A DNA stretch of 63,938 nt, filler included, from Octopus bimaculoides (GCF_001194135.2; 3 parts of 3 records of this genome joined end to end with filler, not necessarily neighbours in it); one strand, 5' to 3'; positions 36,200-49,830 are shown, numbered from the whole stretch's first letter. The notes: generated from the letters alone by a model not told the origin. Numbers and translations: made by a program.

Positions 36200-38800
36200 T
36201 TCCTATATCACAATAATCTATTTGGTTTTCATTCTATTTGTTTAATACTTCTCATAAAATCCACAATCATCATCTAATAAATTAGTTATTTGGTAGTTCG
36301 TCTCTTCTAATTAAGAGTACTATTTCAAATGATTTGCTGTTCTCTTCGAGACAGTAGTACAAAAAGTAGAACCATTATTATTACATGTATCATTTCAGTA
36401 GCTCATATTTGCAGTTTCACTTTACAGATCTTGGTATTTTTACAAATTTTCTGCATCCGTATTGATATTCTATCTATTATTCCACAGTTTCATTCTTGCG
36501 ATGCATGATGAAATAGCATATGCAATTTATGTTCACATTTTTAGACTAAGTTTTACTTGCTTGTCTCTGTACATAACTATCATGAGTTTCCAAAGTGATA
36601 CCTCTCCAAAATATTATCAGGAATACTGATATAGTTATAAATTTCCTTTGAACGAGCTGGTTCCGTATACTAATCAGATGCGCAATATTTTAAATGATGC
36701 TTTCAAAATTTTAGGTTGTCGATATTATAAAATATTTGCAGTGAGTTTATTTAATGGAGCTCATTCTCCGAACCTTTGTATTTGTCGGGGAAAATCGGTG
36801 ATTTACTTACAGGCCTAATTTATCTACCACCAATGTTTATGTATCGGAAACTACATATTCACTTTTTGATATAAGTGAGCTTGAAGTTTACCAAGATACA
36901 ATTTTCAAGACATCTACTAAATGATTATTCTGACTATGTAGAATTTTCAGTATTACTTCTCTCAACGGTGATTCTATTTACGATGAGTGGCACTTTAGTA
37001 ATCTTTCAGCCCCATCATATCCAAGTTACCTCTCTCGATTACTGTACATTATTCATACCTTAATCCATCATCCGCAAAATTTAATACTATACAACTGAAC
37101 ACTACAAACAATTTTGAAGTGTAATAATATATATGTGATCAACAATCCTTCCTGAGATTATATGATTTCTGCAATATACCTCAAAAGCAGTATTTCTTAA
37201 TAGCTAGTGCTGGTTTTTGTCACGCAACCATTAAGTTAATACTTTGAAGTGTGTCTTTCTAAAAATATTCCTTTGTGTGTAATTTTAAATCTTATCTAGC
37301 TGTATTTATAGGCATCTCCATCTAACGGTTTATGGTATCCCTATCTGATAATTTTAATCCAAAACGATCAACTGTCTTTTATGTTTTTATTACCACAGAT
37401 CCATAGTTTTTAATCCCAGATTCTATCTCAACATCTCTAAATCCATGCGATATTTGTACTAAAGTGCCTATTTGATCTTCATTCTTTGCCAATAGTTTCC
37501 AGTCATCTATAAAGAGAAAGTAATTTACTTTATGCTCTCTACCATTAAACATCTATACACTTCTTTCCTTTATTAGCAACAGTCTTAACGGCATCTTGCA
37601 TATCCTAAAAAGCAGATCGGATGAGCTATCATTGTAAAAGATTCTTCTATTGATCTTAATATTCTCTACATTTTCACATTTCATTCGCTCATACACTTGA
37701 CTTTCTTCTCTGCTTTGTTATCTGTATCATCTATAAAAATTCTATTATCTATGAATGAGGTATCATGTAGTGTGCCTTTTTTATAATCGATACATGCCTT
37801 CAGAGATTTTTATGTCACATTCTACAATTCTAGAGCATTAATTTATCTTTGAAAAATTAGTTCTTATTACGTATTTTCTACGTCGCTCAAGGCATCCTTT
37901 CTGTTCAAGTGATAATTTAACCCCGCTATACATATATCTAAACTTATTAGTCATTGTACTTGCCAACAACATTACACATTACATTTCATTATTCCTATAT
38001 AACAAGATTCCCATTCCCATCGGATACTCATGCAGTTTATCAATACCGTCAACACTGGAATATTTTCACTCGACGTTTTCGTTTATATGCCATCCTCTCA
38101 GTGCACGATTTTGTTGGTTAGAAATGCATTACAGTTTATCGTACTTTTAGCAATTCTTTCGCATTTCAGCTGTGATGTTTTCAATAACACCATATTTTCT
38201 ACCAATAATTCTATCATTATTTAGCACTTGGTATAATATACACATTTTCAAATATACATTTCTATCTTCGGAAAGCATTACCTACATTCTACACTGACAA
38301 TATAATTGTGGCTGGAGTCCTTAAATCTTAACCTCTTCAGTGAAATATCTTAATACTGATGCACATTCTTAGATAAATTCCCTGTTCCCATTCTTCGCAT
38401 ACAATTAGATAATCATTTGTTATTTATCCGCTATTGTTTTAAGATAGGTTTTTCATCAAGTAACACGTATTTTTATAAACATGATTCCTGCATTCTATGA
38501 GAATTCGAAATATGTTTTATCATCATTCCAGATTTCTCTGCTTTATTTGCACAAAGTGAATTTAATGGTTCATTAATATGTATTTTAGAATCAGTTTTAC
38601 TGTATTCTATTTATCAACTCAGATTGCATTAACAATGTATGATAATGTATATTTTTTTAAATTTTTATATATGTTTTATTTCTTAAAAATTAATTCTAAA
38701 TTCCCACCTACTTCTGTTATCCCAATGATTAATTGCTATTTGTTGCTTCTTTGTTTTTCACTACATTTCAACGAGTTCCACATAATGTACACATTTCGAA
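36200..38800 (-). mobile_element. Decayed R4/Dong-clade RLE retrotransposon (RT region and downstream)
   Basis: Minus-strand EQKGC (~37895), KACIDYKKA..MIPHS*IIE (~37790), NIKINRRIFYNDSSSDLLF, VNYFLFIDDWKLLAKNEDQI (~37500-37530), then HLIS..QLVQ in the expected order. Outer boundaries are approximate. Confidence 0.75.
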
Positions 38801-39654
38801 ATATTAACATAAGGATGAAATGACATATATGACACTAGCTATTAAGAAATAACTTATCTGAGGTACAATGGAAATTTCATATAATGTAATAAATGTAAAA
38901 AATGGGATCCTTCCTATTCCAAATTCACAGAAAGAATTGTTAATCGCAAATATATGATTACACTCCAGAATCGTTTGTAGAGTTCATATATATGATATGA
39001 AAATGTGCAGGTAATAGATTTAATCTAGCAGAAATATTACTAAAGATTAACTGAGCTTAGTAATACTGAAAATTCTATCTAATAAGAAGAAGGTTTAGTA
39101 ACTGCTTATTTAGGACTCCCAGATATTCTCTCATGCATATATATATTTTTTTCTCTTATGATGTCCCTGTGTTCTTACTTTGAAAGAAAACTTTGTGCAT
39201 TTGCATTGGACATAACTCATCGAGGTAAACTTTGAAACCTGCATTTCTTCTTCATTATTGATGTTTTTGTTTTTAGCAAATAGCACATAGGTCGTAATAG
39301 TCGGTTTTTGATTGTGTAGGGACAGTTTTTATCCAAACCCTAGTATTATATTGTGTAATCTCGTTTTCAGTTTATTTGGAAAGTATCGTTATTGTTATCG
39401 TTCTCTCTTGACATTTTGTTATTCTTTACATATTTGTTGCCTTCCTTCAGCGAACAAACTATGAAAAATGATATCATAAATTAGGGTATCATATAATAAG
39501 ATTCTAATGGCCGGATCTGCCTTCAATATTCACAGTACTAGAATACAATAGGAAGAAATCGTTTACATTATAGCTCAATCAACAATGGTGCTCTCTATGG
39601 GTTAATACGCAGACACACGCTAAGATGTGTCTGCGCAGGTTTGTGTATGAGTAA

Positions 39655-39667
39655 GTACAGAGAGAGA

Positions 39668-39716
<49 letters not shown>

Positions 39717-39720
39717 CGAG
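39655..39720. repeat. (GA)n microsatellite
   Basis: Direct observation. Confidence 0.96.
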
Positions 39721-40269
39721 AAACAGACAAGCAATAACAGAGAAACATACCAAGAATTCCTTCTGCATAGCAGCATTTACAAACTCATACCGACTACTGC
39801 GAAGCATAAAAGTAAATTTTCGGTTATCTTTATGTTTACGGAAGCTCAACTTTCCACAGGAGGTTTTCGCCCTCGTCAGTTAGACGATAATATATACTGT
39901 TAATGCAGAACCTAGATATACAAACTTTAGTTCATAAGATTGCTGTCGTTTTTATCCTTTGTTTCCTCGTCTATCTTTTACTTGTTTGCGTTTATTACCT
40001 ATTCCATCGTACCCTTTTGCCGAACCGCTAACTTGTGGGGTGAGGTGGGAGGGAAACAAACCAAAATAAATTGTTAAGCGGTTGGAAGAACAAACACGTA
40101 CAGAGACACATACACATACTCACACCCACACACACACGCACACACACATACACACACACCCACACACACACATACACCCACACACATTTATATCCACACA
40201 AACACAGGCACAAAATAAGAAATATACACACGCACGTACACACACAAACACACATACACTCACACACGG

Positions 40270-40400
40270 GATGAACTTCCGAACAAGGTTCTGATCAGAC
40301 AAAAGCTATAGCAGAAGACAATAATTCAAGTTGCTATGCAGAGGAATTGAACCCGAAAACCGTTGCTAAGTGAGCTTCTTAACCACATAGCTGTGCCTCA
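40270..40400 (-). mobile_element. SINE family A head remnant
   Basis: acaaggttctg..gctatagcagaagac..gaacccg..gcttcttaaccacatagctgtgcc. Confidence 0.65.
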
Positions 40401-40944
40401 GTTGATTTCAAGGTATTCGCGTTGAGAGAAATCTGTCAAGTTATGAAAACATTAAATCACATTTATTTCACGCGACGAGAGAAGCTGCAAAATGGGCAAA
40501 TCTTTGTTACATGCTAATCATTTGACGTGGGAAGCTGCTAAGACTATCGCATTTCTGCATATGTATTGAATATAAAAGAAAACAAAAACTTCCATATCAA
40601 ATTGATATTCAAATGCAGATGGGGCTTCCATACAGCGTTAAATATCTAACATATTGCATCGTCATTTAGTCCGGTATGTCTTGTACATGCTAAAGGAAAC
40701 AAACTGCAGAGATAAGTAAATAAATAAAGATTTGTTTAGATTTGTTTGGCGCAGGGAATGGATAATTTCTTGTACAACACGTGCTATAATTGCATGTCGA
40801 TAACCCTGACTGTGCTTCGTGTGTTGGGTCAAATATTTGCTTACTTAACGCGTGTACACGCAATATGCACGTACACACATGCATTTACATACATATACAT
40901 TTATGTGTGAGAGTGTATATATATATATATGTAGGGTGTGTGAG

Positions 40945-41027
<83 letters not shown>

Positions 41028-41789
41028 AATTACTACGACGAAAGATACTACTGTTCATCACAGTTTATTGTTAAAAGTAAGACCAAATTATTTCACAAAT
41101 GACAAACATCTCCCGTGGCTTATCGGGTTATTATTGGAAATGGATAATGTTTTGTTATGCTGAATAACAAGAAATGTTGAACACGAAATATTACGAAACA
41201 TTCTGCATAACAGTACTTAATGGGCTCTATTGTTGTTGAACCTCAACACAAACGGTGAACCAAAAGATTTTAATACCAAGCGTTTTATATATGTCGATGA
41301 TACATATATATAGCGTGCCAAAACGGAAATATCAACGACAACGAAAACAACATGTGTGACTCTTTAATCAGTGTCAGTCCTTACAAGAAAGACAATATTG
41401 CAATTGCTAATTCTCTGAAAACGAACGTTTCTTCATTCCATCAGAGAATGAAGAAGGCACAGAAATTAAAATATATTATGTTCTGAGACAAATGTGGAAT
41501 ATTGCCAGGATCCCCAAATACGTTTGATGTGTTGCAAGAGGCGTAACTTAAAATGTTTACTCAAATAATCTAACGGTGAAAAGGAATATAAAGAATAGTA
41601 TTCTTCAAAAGTTGAGGACATCTCAGTAACCGAATATGTTGTCTCTGCTTCTCAGTTGCAGGATATGCATGAAGTTTGTTACATGAATCATCATGTAAAA
41701 GATTCCTAGACATCATTTACAACGAGGCTTGCTAATATGAAATTGTGCCACTCAATTTCATTAGGATCTTCTGTCTCATTTACTATTTT

Positions 41790-42006
41790 AACTCAATAGA
41801 CTGCAGCCATGCTGGGGCACCACCTTGAAGAAGTTTTAGTCAAATTCATCGACCCAAGTACTTATTTACCTTTTTAAAGTCTGGCTTTTATTCCATCGGT
41901 CTGTTTGCCGAACCACTATTTTACGGGAATGTAAACACACCAACACCCCTTGTAAAGCGGTGGTGGAGGACAAACACATACACAAAGACACGCACAGGTA
42001 CACCCC

Positions 42007-42038
<32 letters not shown>

Positions 42039-42160
42039 NNNNNNNNNNNATATATGTACTGCGGGCTTCTTTTAGTTTCCGTTAACCAAATCCACCCACA
42101 AGGCTTTGTTCGGCCCGAAGCTTTAATGGAAGGATGTTGTCCAAGATGCCACGAAGTAAC
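41790..42160 (-). mobile_element. SINE family A
   Basis: gactgcagccatgctggggcaccacc..gtaaacacaccaacac..gacaaacac, then gggcttctt..aaatccacccacaaggctttg. Confidence 0.85.
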
Positions 42161-42479
42161 TATATTATATAATATTTATTCTTTGGCTACTGTTGTTTCC
42201 CTTGATATAAGAACTAACGTCTTGCAGAAAAATTTAAAAAGCAAATGGAGACGTTTGATGAAAATATCTAGAACATGGCTGCCAACGAAAAGAAAGAAAA
42301 TTAAAATGAGGAGGCGTCGTGAAATGCAATGTTTTCTTTAGGTATTCTCATTGAAAAAATCCAACCGCATAATATTGTAGGAGGGAAAACAAGTCATCCG
42401 CCAATTCCAGATACAAATTAACAATGAGTAAAGAAATTAGCTACAAGGCTCTAATATCTCATGGAGCGAGTGGAAGTTT

Positions 42480-42910
42480 ATTAAATCCCGCTGAGATCTG
42501 CTTCGCTTTTCTCCTTCGGGATTGATACTAACGTACAATTCTAGTCTCGTAGTCGATATAATCGAATATTTCTCTCCTCCATATTTTTCACCGATACCAA
42601 CGCTTTATGTTCTCAGTTGAAGTCCTAACTACGTCAATGTTAGCTTTCATCCTTTGGGAATTTAATGCGCCAGTGAAATGCTGATTCAGATGTAATCATT
42701 ATTGCTCTCTCGCATTTACAGGTGGCATACACAAATAAGAAGCAATTATTAATGTCTGGTTAGCGGAACAGTAGAAATGTGGAAGCGTTGCACAAAATAT
42801 CCCGCGTAACTTTAGTCCGAACGCTACTCTGGCTTTCTATATTTCGGCGATCAATAGAAATAAGAAGGAGATAAGTAGTAGGGTCGACATAATTGAATAA
42901 TAACTCTTCT
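42480..42910. mobile_element. Decayed SINE family C fragments
   Basis: cgctttatgttctcagttgaagtcc..gctttcatcctttggg and related pieces. Confidence 0.45.
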
Positions 42911-44194
42911 CACAAAATTATTGATCCAGAGGAATTTTATTTATGTAACAAATATATGCTATCTCGCATTTGAGTCAATTTGATTTGATATTCCTTATGA
43001 AAATTAGCACATCCTTCGTGCTTTTCCTTGTTTCAGCTATAGATCAAATAGCATTCATTAATTGGAAATCAAAGAATTTAATTGTGCTTTAGATTGCAAT
43101 GTAAGAAACCTTGGTGGTGGAGATTTTAGGGATAACTCAAATGCAGAAGCACCAGTTGAAAAATTGTTGACGAATTTGCGGTAGAGAAACTACGTTGGAA
43201 ATAGCTTACTGATTTATGTATCATACAATGCAAAAAAGTCTAAGTCTAAGGAAGTTATCACGATCTGGTTTTAGATCTCACAGAGGTCACGTTTGTCTAT
43301 CATTCCTCTATCAATGAAAACTGTCTCCTAAATTTCTCATTTTTAGTTATTGATCTATGCTATCGTTACGCAGATAGGCTAAGTCTAAGTTAGTACTTAC
43401 GACTTAAATTTAGATGTCATTGCATTTAAGTGTGTCCTTCATCTTTCCGAGGTCAATGGAAACAGGCCACTTAGATTATTCATTCTTGAATACAATATTT
43501 GTTCACTAACCTTTATTTGAACTATACACACAGTTTGCCTCTGAATATTCTCCAAGGACTGCATCAAGCATTCTTTAAAACTTCACGCACAGAAACCTCT
43601 CTGTGGAGATAAAACAATGGAAACGATAACTGTAGTCATTTTGTTTTAATGCATCTTGTAATCTGATGATTAAAAAAACCATTTCAATAATTGCAAGTTC
43701 AACTACATCAAACGAAAGTTAATCTAATCAGACTGTAAATAAAAACAAACAAACAAGCCATAGAAATATAAATACGAATAAACAAATTGTTGGCTGCTGT
43801 AATCGAACGGAGAGGTGAGAGACACAGAAATTTAAAAAAACAATCATTAAGGTTATTGAATCAGATAAACTATTTTGTATATATTTGTCCGGAAGTAGCT
43901 GCATCTATTGTGTCTATTGCTATGATGTTCATAAGCGCAATTTTATATATGTATAGATACAGGTAAGCGCGCACGTATGGGGATTCTTGTGATTACTTGT
44001 TTCTTCTAAATAATCTTGAATGTATTTATATTAGTACTGCTTCTTTCATTTTGATGTAAAATTGTGTAAGTTAATATTATATACACAAGAGTGTGTATTG
44101 GTTTTGGAATAATGTTGTTTGATAGATGTGTGTATGTGCAGCTGCTCATATTTGCGCCTGTGATTGAACAATTGGTATTGATTTGTTTAGACAC

Positions 44195-44345
44195 TCATAA
44201 TGTAGCGGTTCGACAAAAGAAAGAATAACTACCAGGCATAAAAAATGAGTACTGGGGTTGATTTGTTCGACTGAAAACTTCGCGGAAGTATACCAACATG
44301 TCTGCAGTTTAATGACCGAAGCAATGAACAGATAAAAGATGACAA
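44195..44345 (+). mobile_element. SINE family A 3' tail
   Basis: tagcggttcgacaaaaga..gagtactggggttgatttgttcgact. Confidence 0.75.
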
Positions 44346-46039
44346 ATTCAGTTTATATATGTTGGAACCTTTTCATAAAGTTTACAGAACTAATGATATT
44401 GTTTTGTATGTCACCTTTCGGTCTCTTGTGACAAAGTAGTCAAATCTCCATGAAACCATAGCATCTAATCTAGGGAAATGTACAGGTTGAATAATGAAGT
44501 TCTAAACTCACTGCATCTCAGAATATACATTGATGGTCATGACATGTTTATACCACCTTTGATAAAAAGCGATCGGCTACATCAACTCGAACATAGGCTT
44601 ATCGAACAATTAGAACTTACGCTCGATTAATCTCATTTCATCATATCAATGCAAACTTCTTTGACAAATTAAACGATAAAATAAATATAAATCGATGTTT
44701 GGCAGACATTATCGTATAGATTAAAACAAATGACAATCTGTGTTACATTCGCTATCCAGTTTATATTGTTATTTGACTGTAGTTGGAATCTATTACCATA
44801 TATTATCATCATAAATATCCTCGAGAGAGGCATAAATGTTTCAACATCAATTGCACTTCGAAATCAATAGATCTAATAATTTAAGATTATTAAAATTTAA
44901 GCAATTGAACACACTACCGAGGGATAGAAAATAGAAAAATCTTTTATCAGTGATCAATTTAATGTTATTTAGAAAGTGAAAGACTCGTGTGAAATGGATT
45001 TAAAGTGTATTCGTTATATTTAAATTTATAACAGCGTTATATTGACAGAGATTTAGTCCTTGGATTCACACCCACCCGATTTTACACAATGACACACCAA
45101 CACAATAGGTATGTTAATTATTTCTAGGCCTCCCTTTAAGTGCAATTACTACTGAAAAGGTAAAATCGATTATTTTACATTGAAACAAATTGAAACGTGC
45201 AGAAATAAAGATTTCAAATGAAAGAAGATAAAAACTGTGAGAATTCTCGCATCTTCTTTCGTATATCCTCTCTATATCTGCACGCCTCACATTGTTTAAA
45301 TGTAAACTTGCATTAGACATTTAAATGAAGGGTTAACGAAACAATTCACCTAATTAATTTTTTTTCTATCAAGAAAAATAACAATTTTGGAGAGAAAGTT
45401 ATTATCTCCACCAAACATTTGTTAATATGTATAATATAATCTATGCAGGTTTGTGTTTCACACAATACTAATGTAATGTATTATTTATGTTAATATATTT
45501 ATAACGAAAGAATGGAAAAGTGTAGAGGTAAACAAAATGAATATACTCGAGATTTATTTCTCGTCGATAACCTTAAATGTGTTGTTGCCTTATTTCAACA
45601 ATAATCGTTCGGACTGCCACAAAAGCATTCAAATATCCATCACCTCCAAGGATGTTCAAGATGGATAATGTACACGTTCATAAATTATTCTTAAAAACCA
45701 CGTGACGGTTATGGTTTCAAAAGTATTTCACCTCAGTGTTTCTGCATCAGATTTGATGTGTAGTTAAATAATGAACAATGATGTAATTGAAAGTCTTGTA
45801 CTTGTATTTAATATGAGGTCATGAACATAAATTTAGCATATGGTTTGCGATGTTGCTGTATTTAGAGTCCATATTTGGCTATGCCTTTTTATGGACTGAG
45901 TGAACATTACTATGCTCATGTGTGGTTTGCAGATACTAGGAACGTAAAATGACGAAAAAATTTCAAATTTCAATCTGGCTTTTCAGGATATGTTCAACTT
46001 TTGCTTATTAGCTCTTGTTGCCATTGATGTACGATTTTA

Positions 46040-46420
46040 AAACTTGATTTGCAACCATGTTCGGGTTCAGTCCAATTGTCTGGGGCTTTGAGCAAGTATT
46101 TTCCCCTACAGCCCCGGGCAGATCCTTGCCTTGTGAGTTAACCTGGTAAAAAAAAAAGCATTGTGGAAGTTCGGCTTATAATCAATCTTTATGCGTGTGC
46201 TTGTGTGTGCCTGTATGTGCCTGTGCGTGCCTTTCTTTCTTTGTTCCCCAGATCATGACAACCGGTCTTGATTTGCTTACATAACCGTAATTTAACAATT
46301 CAAAAAACTCAGGTCGATTAAAAATAAATACTGGGTACGACTGGTTTGACTAAACTCATCAAGGTGGTGTCTAAATATGGCCGATGTCAAATGACCAAAA
46401 CACGTTAAAAATAAAGGATA
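46040..46420 (+). mobile_element. SINE family A, diverged
   Basis: ccatgttcgggttcagtcc..gagcaagt..gccttgtgag..aaggtggtg..atggccgatgtcaaatgacc. Confidence 0.75.
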
Positions 46421-48005
46421 TTTCGAGATGGTATGCCTTGCTGTAGAGAGACATAGAGTACCTTTTATAAGGCAACAGAGTGAAGCAAAGTGTAGGGGTT
46501 TCCTTTTTTCTAAACAGTAAAAGAATATCAATCATTACAATATAAAGGGCTTCAAAAGTAGTTTGAAACTGTATAGCAGTACATCTACCCTCGTTTATCA
46601 CTGATTTATTCATCGCTGCTCCGGGACAACACGGTACAAACAACTGTGAATCCTGTTACGCTTATAATGGATCTATCTGTGGTAACATGGGTTGGCGATG
46701 AATCGAACCAAAAACATCATGCCCGGTGACAAATGCAGAATATACTGATTATAACTTGTTCTTACATGGCCGTGCTGCAAGACTCCATTTTTAGATACTC
46801 GTACCCCAACATGTGACCAGTGAAAATAAGAAATATGAAGGTGCTCGATTGAAACAAATGATGCTGGCGAGTGTATTCTCTATAGGAAATAAGTAGAGAT
46901 GATAAAAAAAGAATCTATGGCGATGAAAGCTTCCGTGTTGTAGGCCGCGAGATGAGTGTCTCTGCATATAATACTCCTTCCGTTTTACAACGTGTTTCAC
47001 GTTGATTCTTTTATTACTGATTAATTTATGAATGCCTTCTTTTTAGATAACAAAATAATCGTGATAAAGGAGGATAAGTGTATTGAGTCTTTTTTTTTAT
47101 CTATGGTGGTGTTTCACATATTATAATGAGTTTCACATCAGGGCAAATATACATAGCATGAAGAATACATCCACATTCACTCATTTCTGAAGTACATATT
47201 AGATACAAAAAATTAAATGACTACAGTTTGAAACAGAAACCACATGTCGAAACAGTTTGTTTATTGTTCAAAACGCCCCTGTTACACGTTATGCCGAAAA
47301 AATATTCCAGATCTATAGAAATCAAGGTTATCATGATTTTCTTTCGAAATGAGCCAAGTTTATAACAATAACACTGGAACGGAAAGGCATGCAGGCTACT
47401 ACTAACTGTTATTTTCGTTGTCTATCTTCCATAATTCTATGGTCTCACGCTTCATTAAATAATCAATATTATCCGAATTTAAAAATTGACCTAACGACTT
47501 AAGTTAAAAGGTTTTATTTAAAGGACAGGTGCTAACATTTTGGCAGCTTTTCCAATATCAAAATTTTGGCAATATGACCAGAGCTGATATTTTAGCCAAG
47601 TAACTAGATCTTGTGTTTTGGCCTAATGATCAAAGTTAAAATTATTTCAATGTGACCAGAACAAAACTAGTAGCTACAAAAATGTGTGTAGTCATTCTAT
47701 CATTTAATATCAGTATGTTTAGGAGAAAATGTTCCTCATATCAATTTTTCTATGTGTATTTTTAGTGGACACTCAAACACAGACACACAGACACACAGAC
47801 GCGCATACACGCACATATGTATATATATANNNNNNNNNNNNNNNNNNNNNNNNNNNNNNNNNNNNNNNNNNNNNNNNNNNNNNNNNNNNNNNNNNNNNNN
47901 NNNNNNNNNNNNNNNNNNNNNNNNNNNNNNNNNNNNNNNNNNNNNNNNNNNNNNNNNNNNNNNNNNNNNNNNNNNNNNNNNNNNNNNNNNNNNNNNNNNN
48001 NNNNN

Positions 48006-48041
<36 letters not shown>

Positions 48042-48052
48042 CAATAATTATG

Positions 48053-48229
48053 TTAATTAACAGGAGATGGATTCGGTATTAAATCTTTATTGAGTACAAC
48101 ATATGTTGCGACCCATCATTTCTGGGTTTCATCAGGCATATCGATAAAGATATGTCTCACTACTGATGGGTCGAAACATATTTTGTATCCAATAAAGATT
48201 TAATACCGAATCCATCTCCTGTTAATTAA
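48053..48229. repeat. Fold-back inverted repeat (PLE pLTR-like) containing a degenerate hammerhead core
   Basis: 48053-48092 is the perfect 40-bp reverse complement of 48190-48229; the next 26 bp have 4 mismatches. Minus strand: CTGATGA-aaccca..tgggtc-GCAA-catatg-TT. Plus arm: tgggtcGAAAcatat..AATAAA. Confidence 0.85.
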
Positions 48230-48604
48230 TAGCATTATCCTAATAGCCATTGCGGTGTTCCTGAGGTAAGTCCAACAGTTTAGGCTACCTGTTCTCATCC
48301 GCTATACCACCACAGTGGATGACTAGAGACAGCCTAGTCAACTTTTAAACACACTAGTCTAATTATACCTATTGGTCCTATATATTATATTTATTATTAT
48401 TATCATTACATATATATGTACGTATGTATATATATATATATATATATATNNNNNNNNNNNNNNNNNNNNNNNNNNNNNNNNNNNNNNNNNNNNTTAATTA
48501 ATTAANNNNNNNNNNNNNNNNNNNNNNNNNNNNNNNNNNNNNNNNNNNNATACATACATACATACATACATACATACATACATACATACATACATACATA
48601 CATA

Positions 48605-48972
48605 CATACATGATAGAGACGAAAAATTGAATATATGAGAAGCTTTATTGCTCACAACGATCGTTTCGACCCATCCTGCATCGATCACTCGCGAGTGGAA
48701 TACTGTTTAACTGGTTGTGGAGCATCTCTCAGTGCAGACGCATCTCCTCGGGTGATGTTATAAGGGGTATCTCGTTAAAGAGACCATGTGTTGCTCTATT
48801 TTAATACAGAATTTTGCCCGAGCGAAACGGTTTATTTAACGAGATACTTCTGCACCGAGGAATGCACCACAACCAGTTGTACAGTATGTCACCCGCGAGG
48901 GATCGATTCAAGATGGGTCGAAGCGATCGTTGTGAGCAATAAAGCTTCTCGTATATTCCATTTTCCGTCTCT
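48605..48972. repeat. Second, larger imperfect fold-back inverted repeat (pLTR-like)
   Basis: Arms of about 130 bp (48605-48738 vs 48849-48972), roughly 80-85% identical, with an inner match tatctcgttaaa/tttaacgagata. Each arm carries gatgggtcGAA(A/G)cgatcgTTgtgagcAATAAAG. Confidence 0.85.
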
Positions 48973-49126
48973 GCCATTAGTTATGTATTCAACGAACAGT
49001 GAGGTATTCCTGAGGTAGATCTAGCGATAAGTGTGTAAATACCGTGGATGACATCAGGTAGCTATACACAGTGAACGTGGTTCGTCTGCTAACTACTAGG
49101 AACATACCCAATAATTAAATAATTAC

Positions 49127-49170
<44 letters not shown>

Positions 49171-49699
49171 ACACACACACACACACCTATATATATGATA
49201 TATTCCATAGTTAATTACTGACTCCATAGTCGAAAAATAAAGCTCTGGCCACTGACGGGATGTGAAACCGTAAGCGGAATTTGATCTTGGAACACAACTG
49301 GAACAAGGTGTCTCTTCAGATGCTCTTACAATGGTCTCGTACTTCACTCACTGATTCCAAAAGGATGAAGAGCAAAGCTGAGTCTGACAGGACATGAACT
49401 CAGTCAGAGTGCAGGGAGTTGGAACAAATAACATAAGACATATTATCCAAGGCTTAACCAATTAGTCGTCCCCATATACCTCCCTATGATTAATCTTGAC
49501 TGTATGAAAGTGAGGTAAACACAGTTAAAGAATATTTGATAAACCAAATACAGACAAGAGACACAACTGAAAAAACTTCCTTTGAAATGAGTTGACATTC
49601 CAGCATCCCATTTAATTAATACATGTAATGGAATGTGAGTGTGGAGATTAATGTGGTGTTTAACTGACATGTGCGATGACAGGATTCAGTACAATTTCC

Positions 49700-49830
49700 G
49701 TTTAGCAAATTCTACCCATAAGGTATTGGTTAACTCGAGACTGCAGTAAAAGATATTTGTCCAAATTGGTGCACAGTAGATTCGAACTTTGAACCACGTT
49801 GTTATGAAGTAAATTTCTTAACTATACATC
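49700..49830 (-). mobile_element. SINE family A head remnant
   Basis: cccataaggtattgg..gactgcagtaaaagatatttgtccaa..ttctta. Confidence 0.5.

Noticed and set aside
48495-48506. Second TTAATTAATTAA island inside Ns
   Set aside because: Same artificial 100-bp contig-join spacer.
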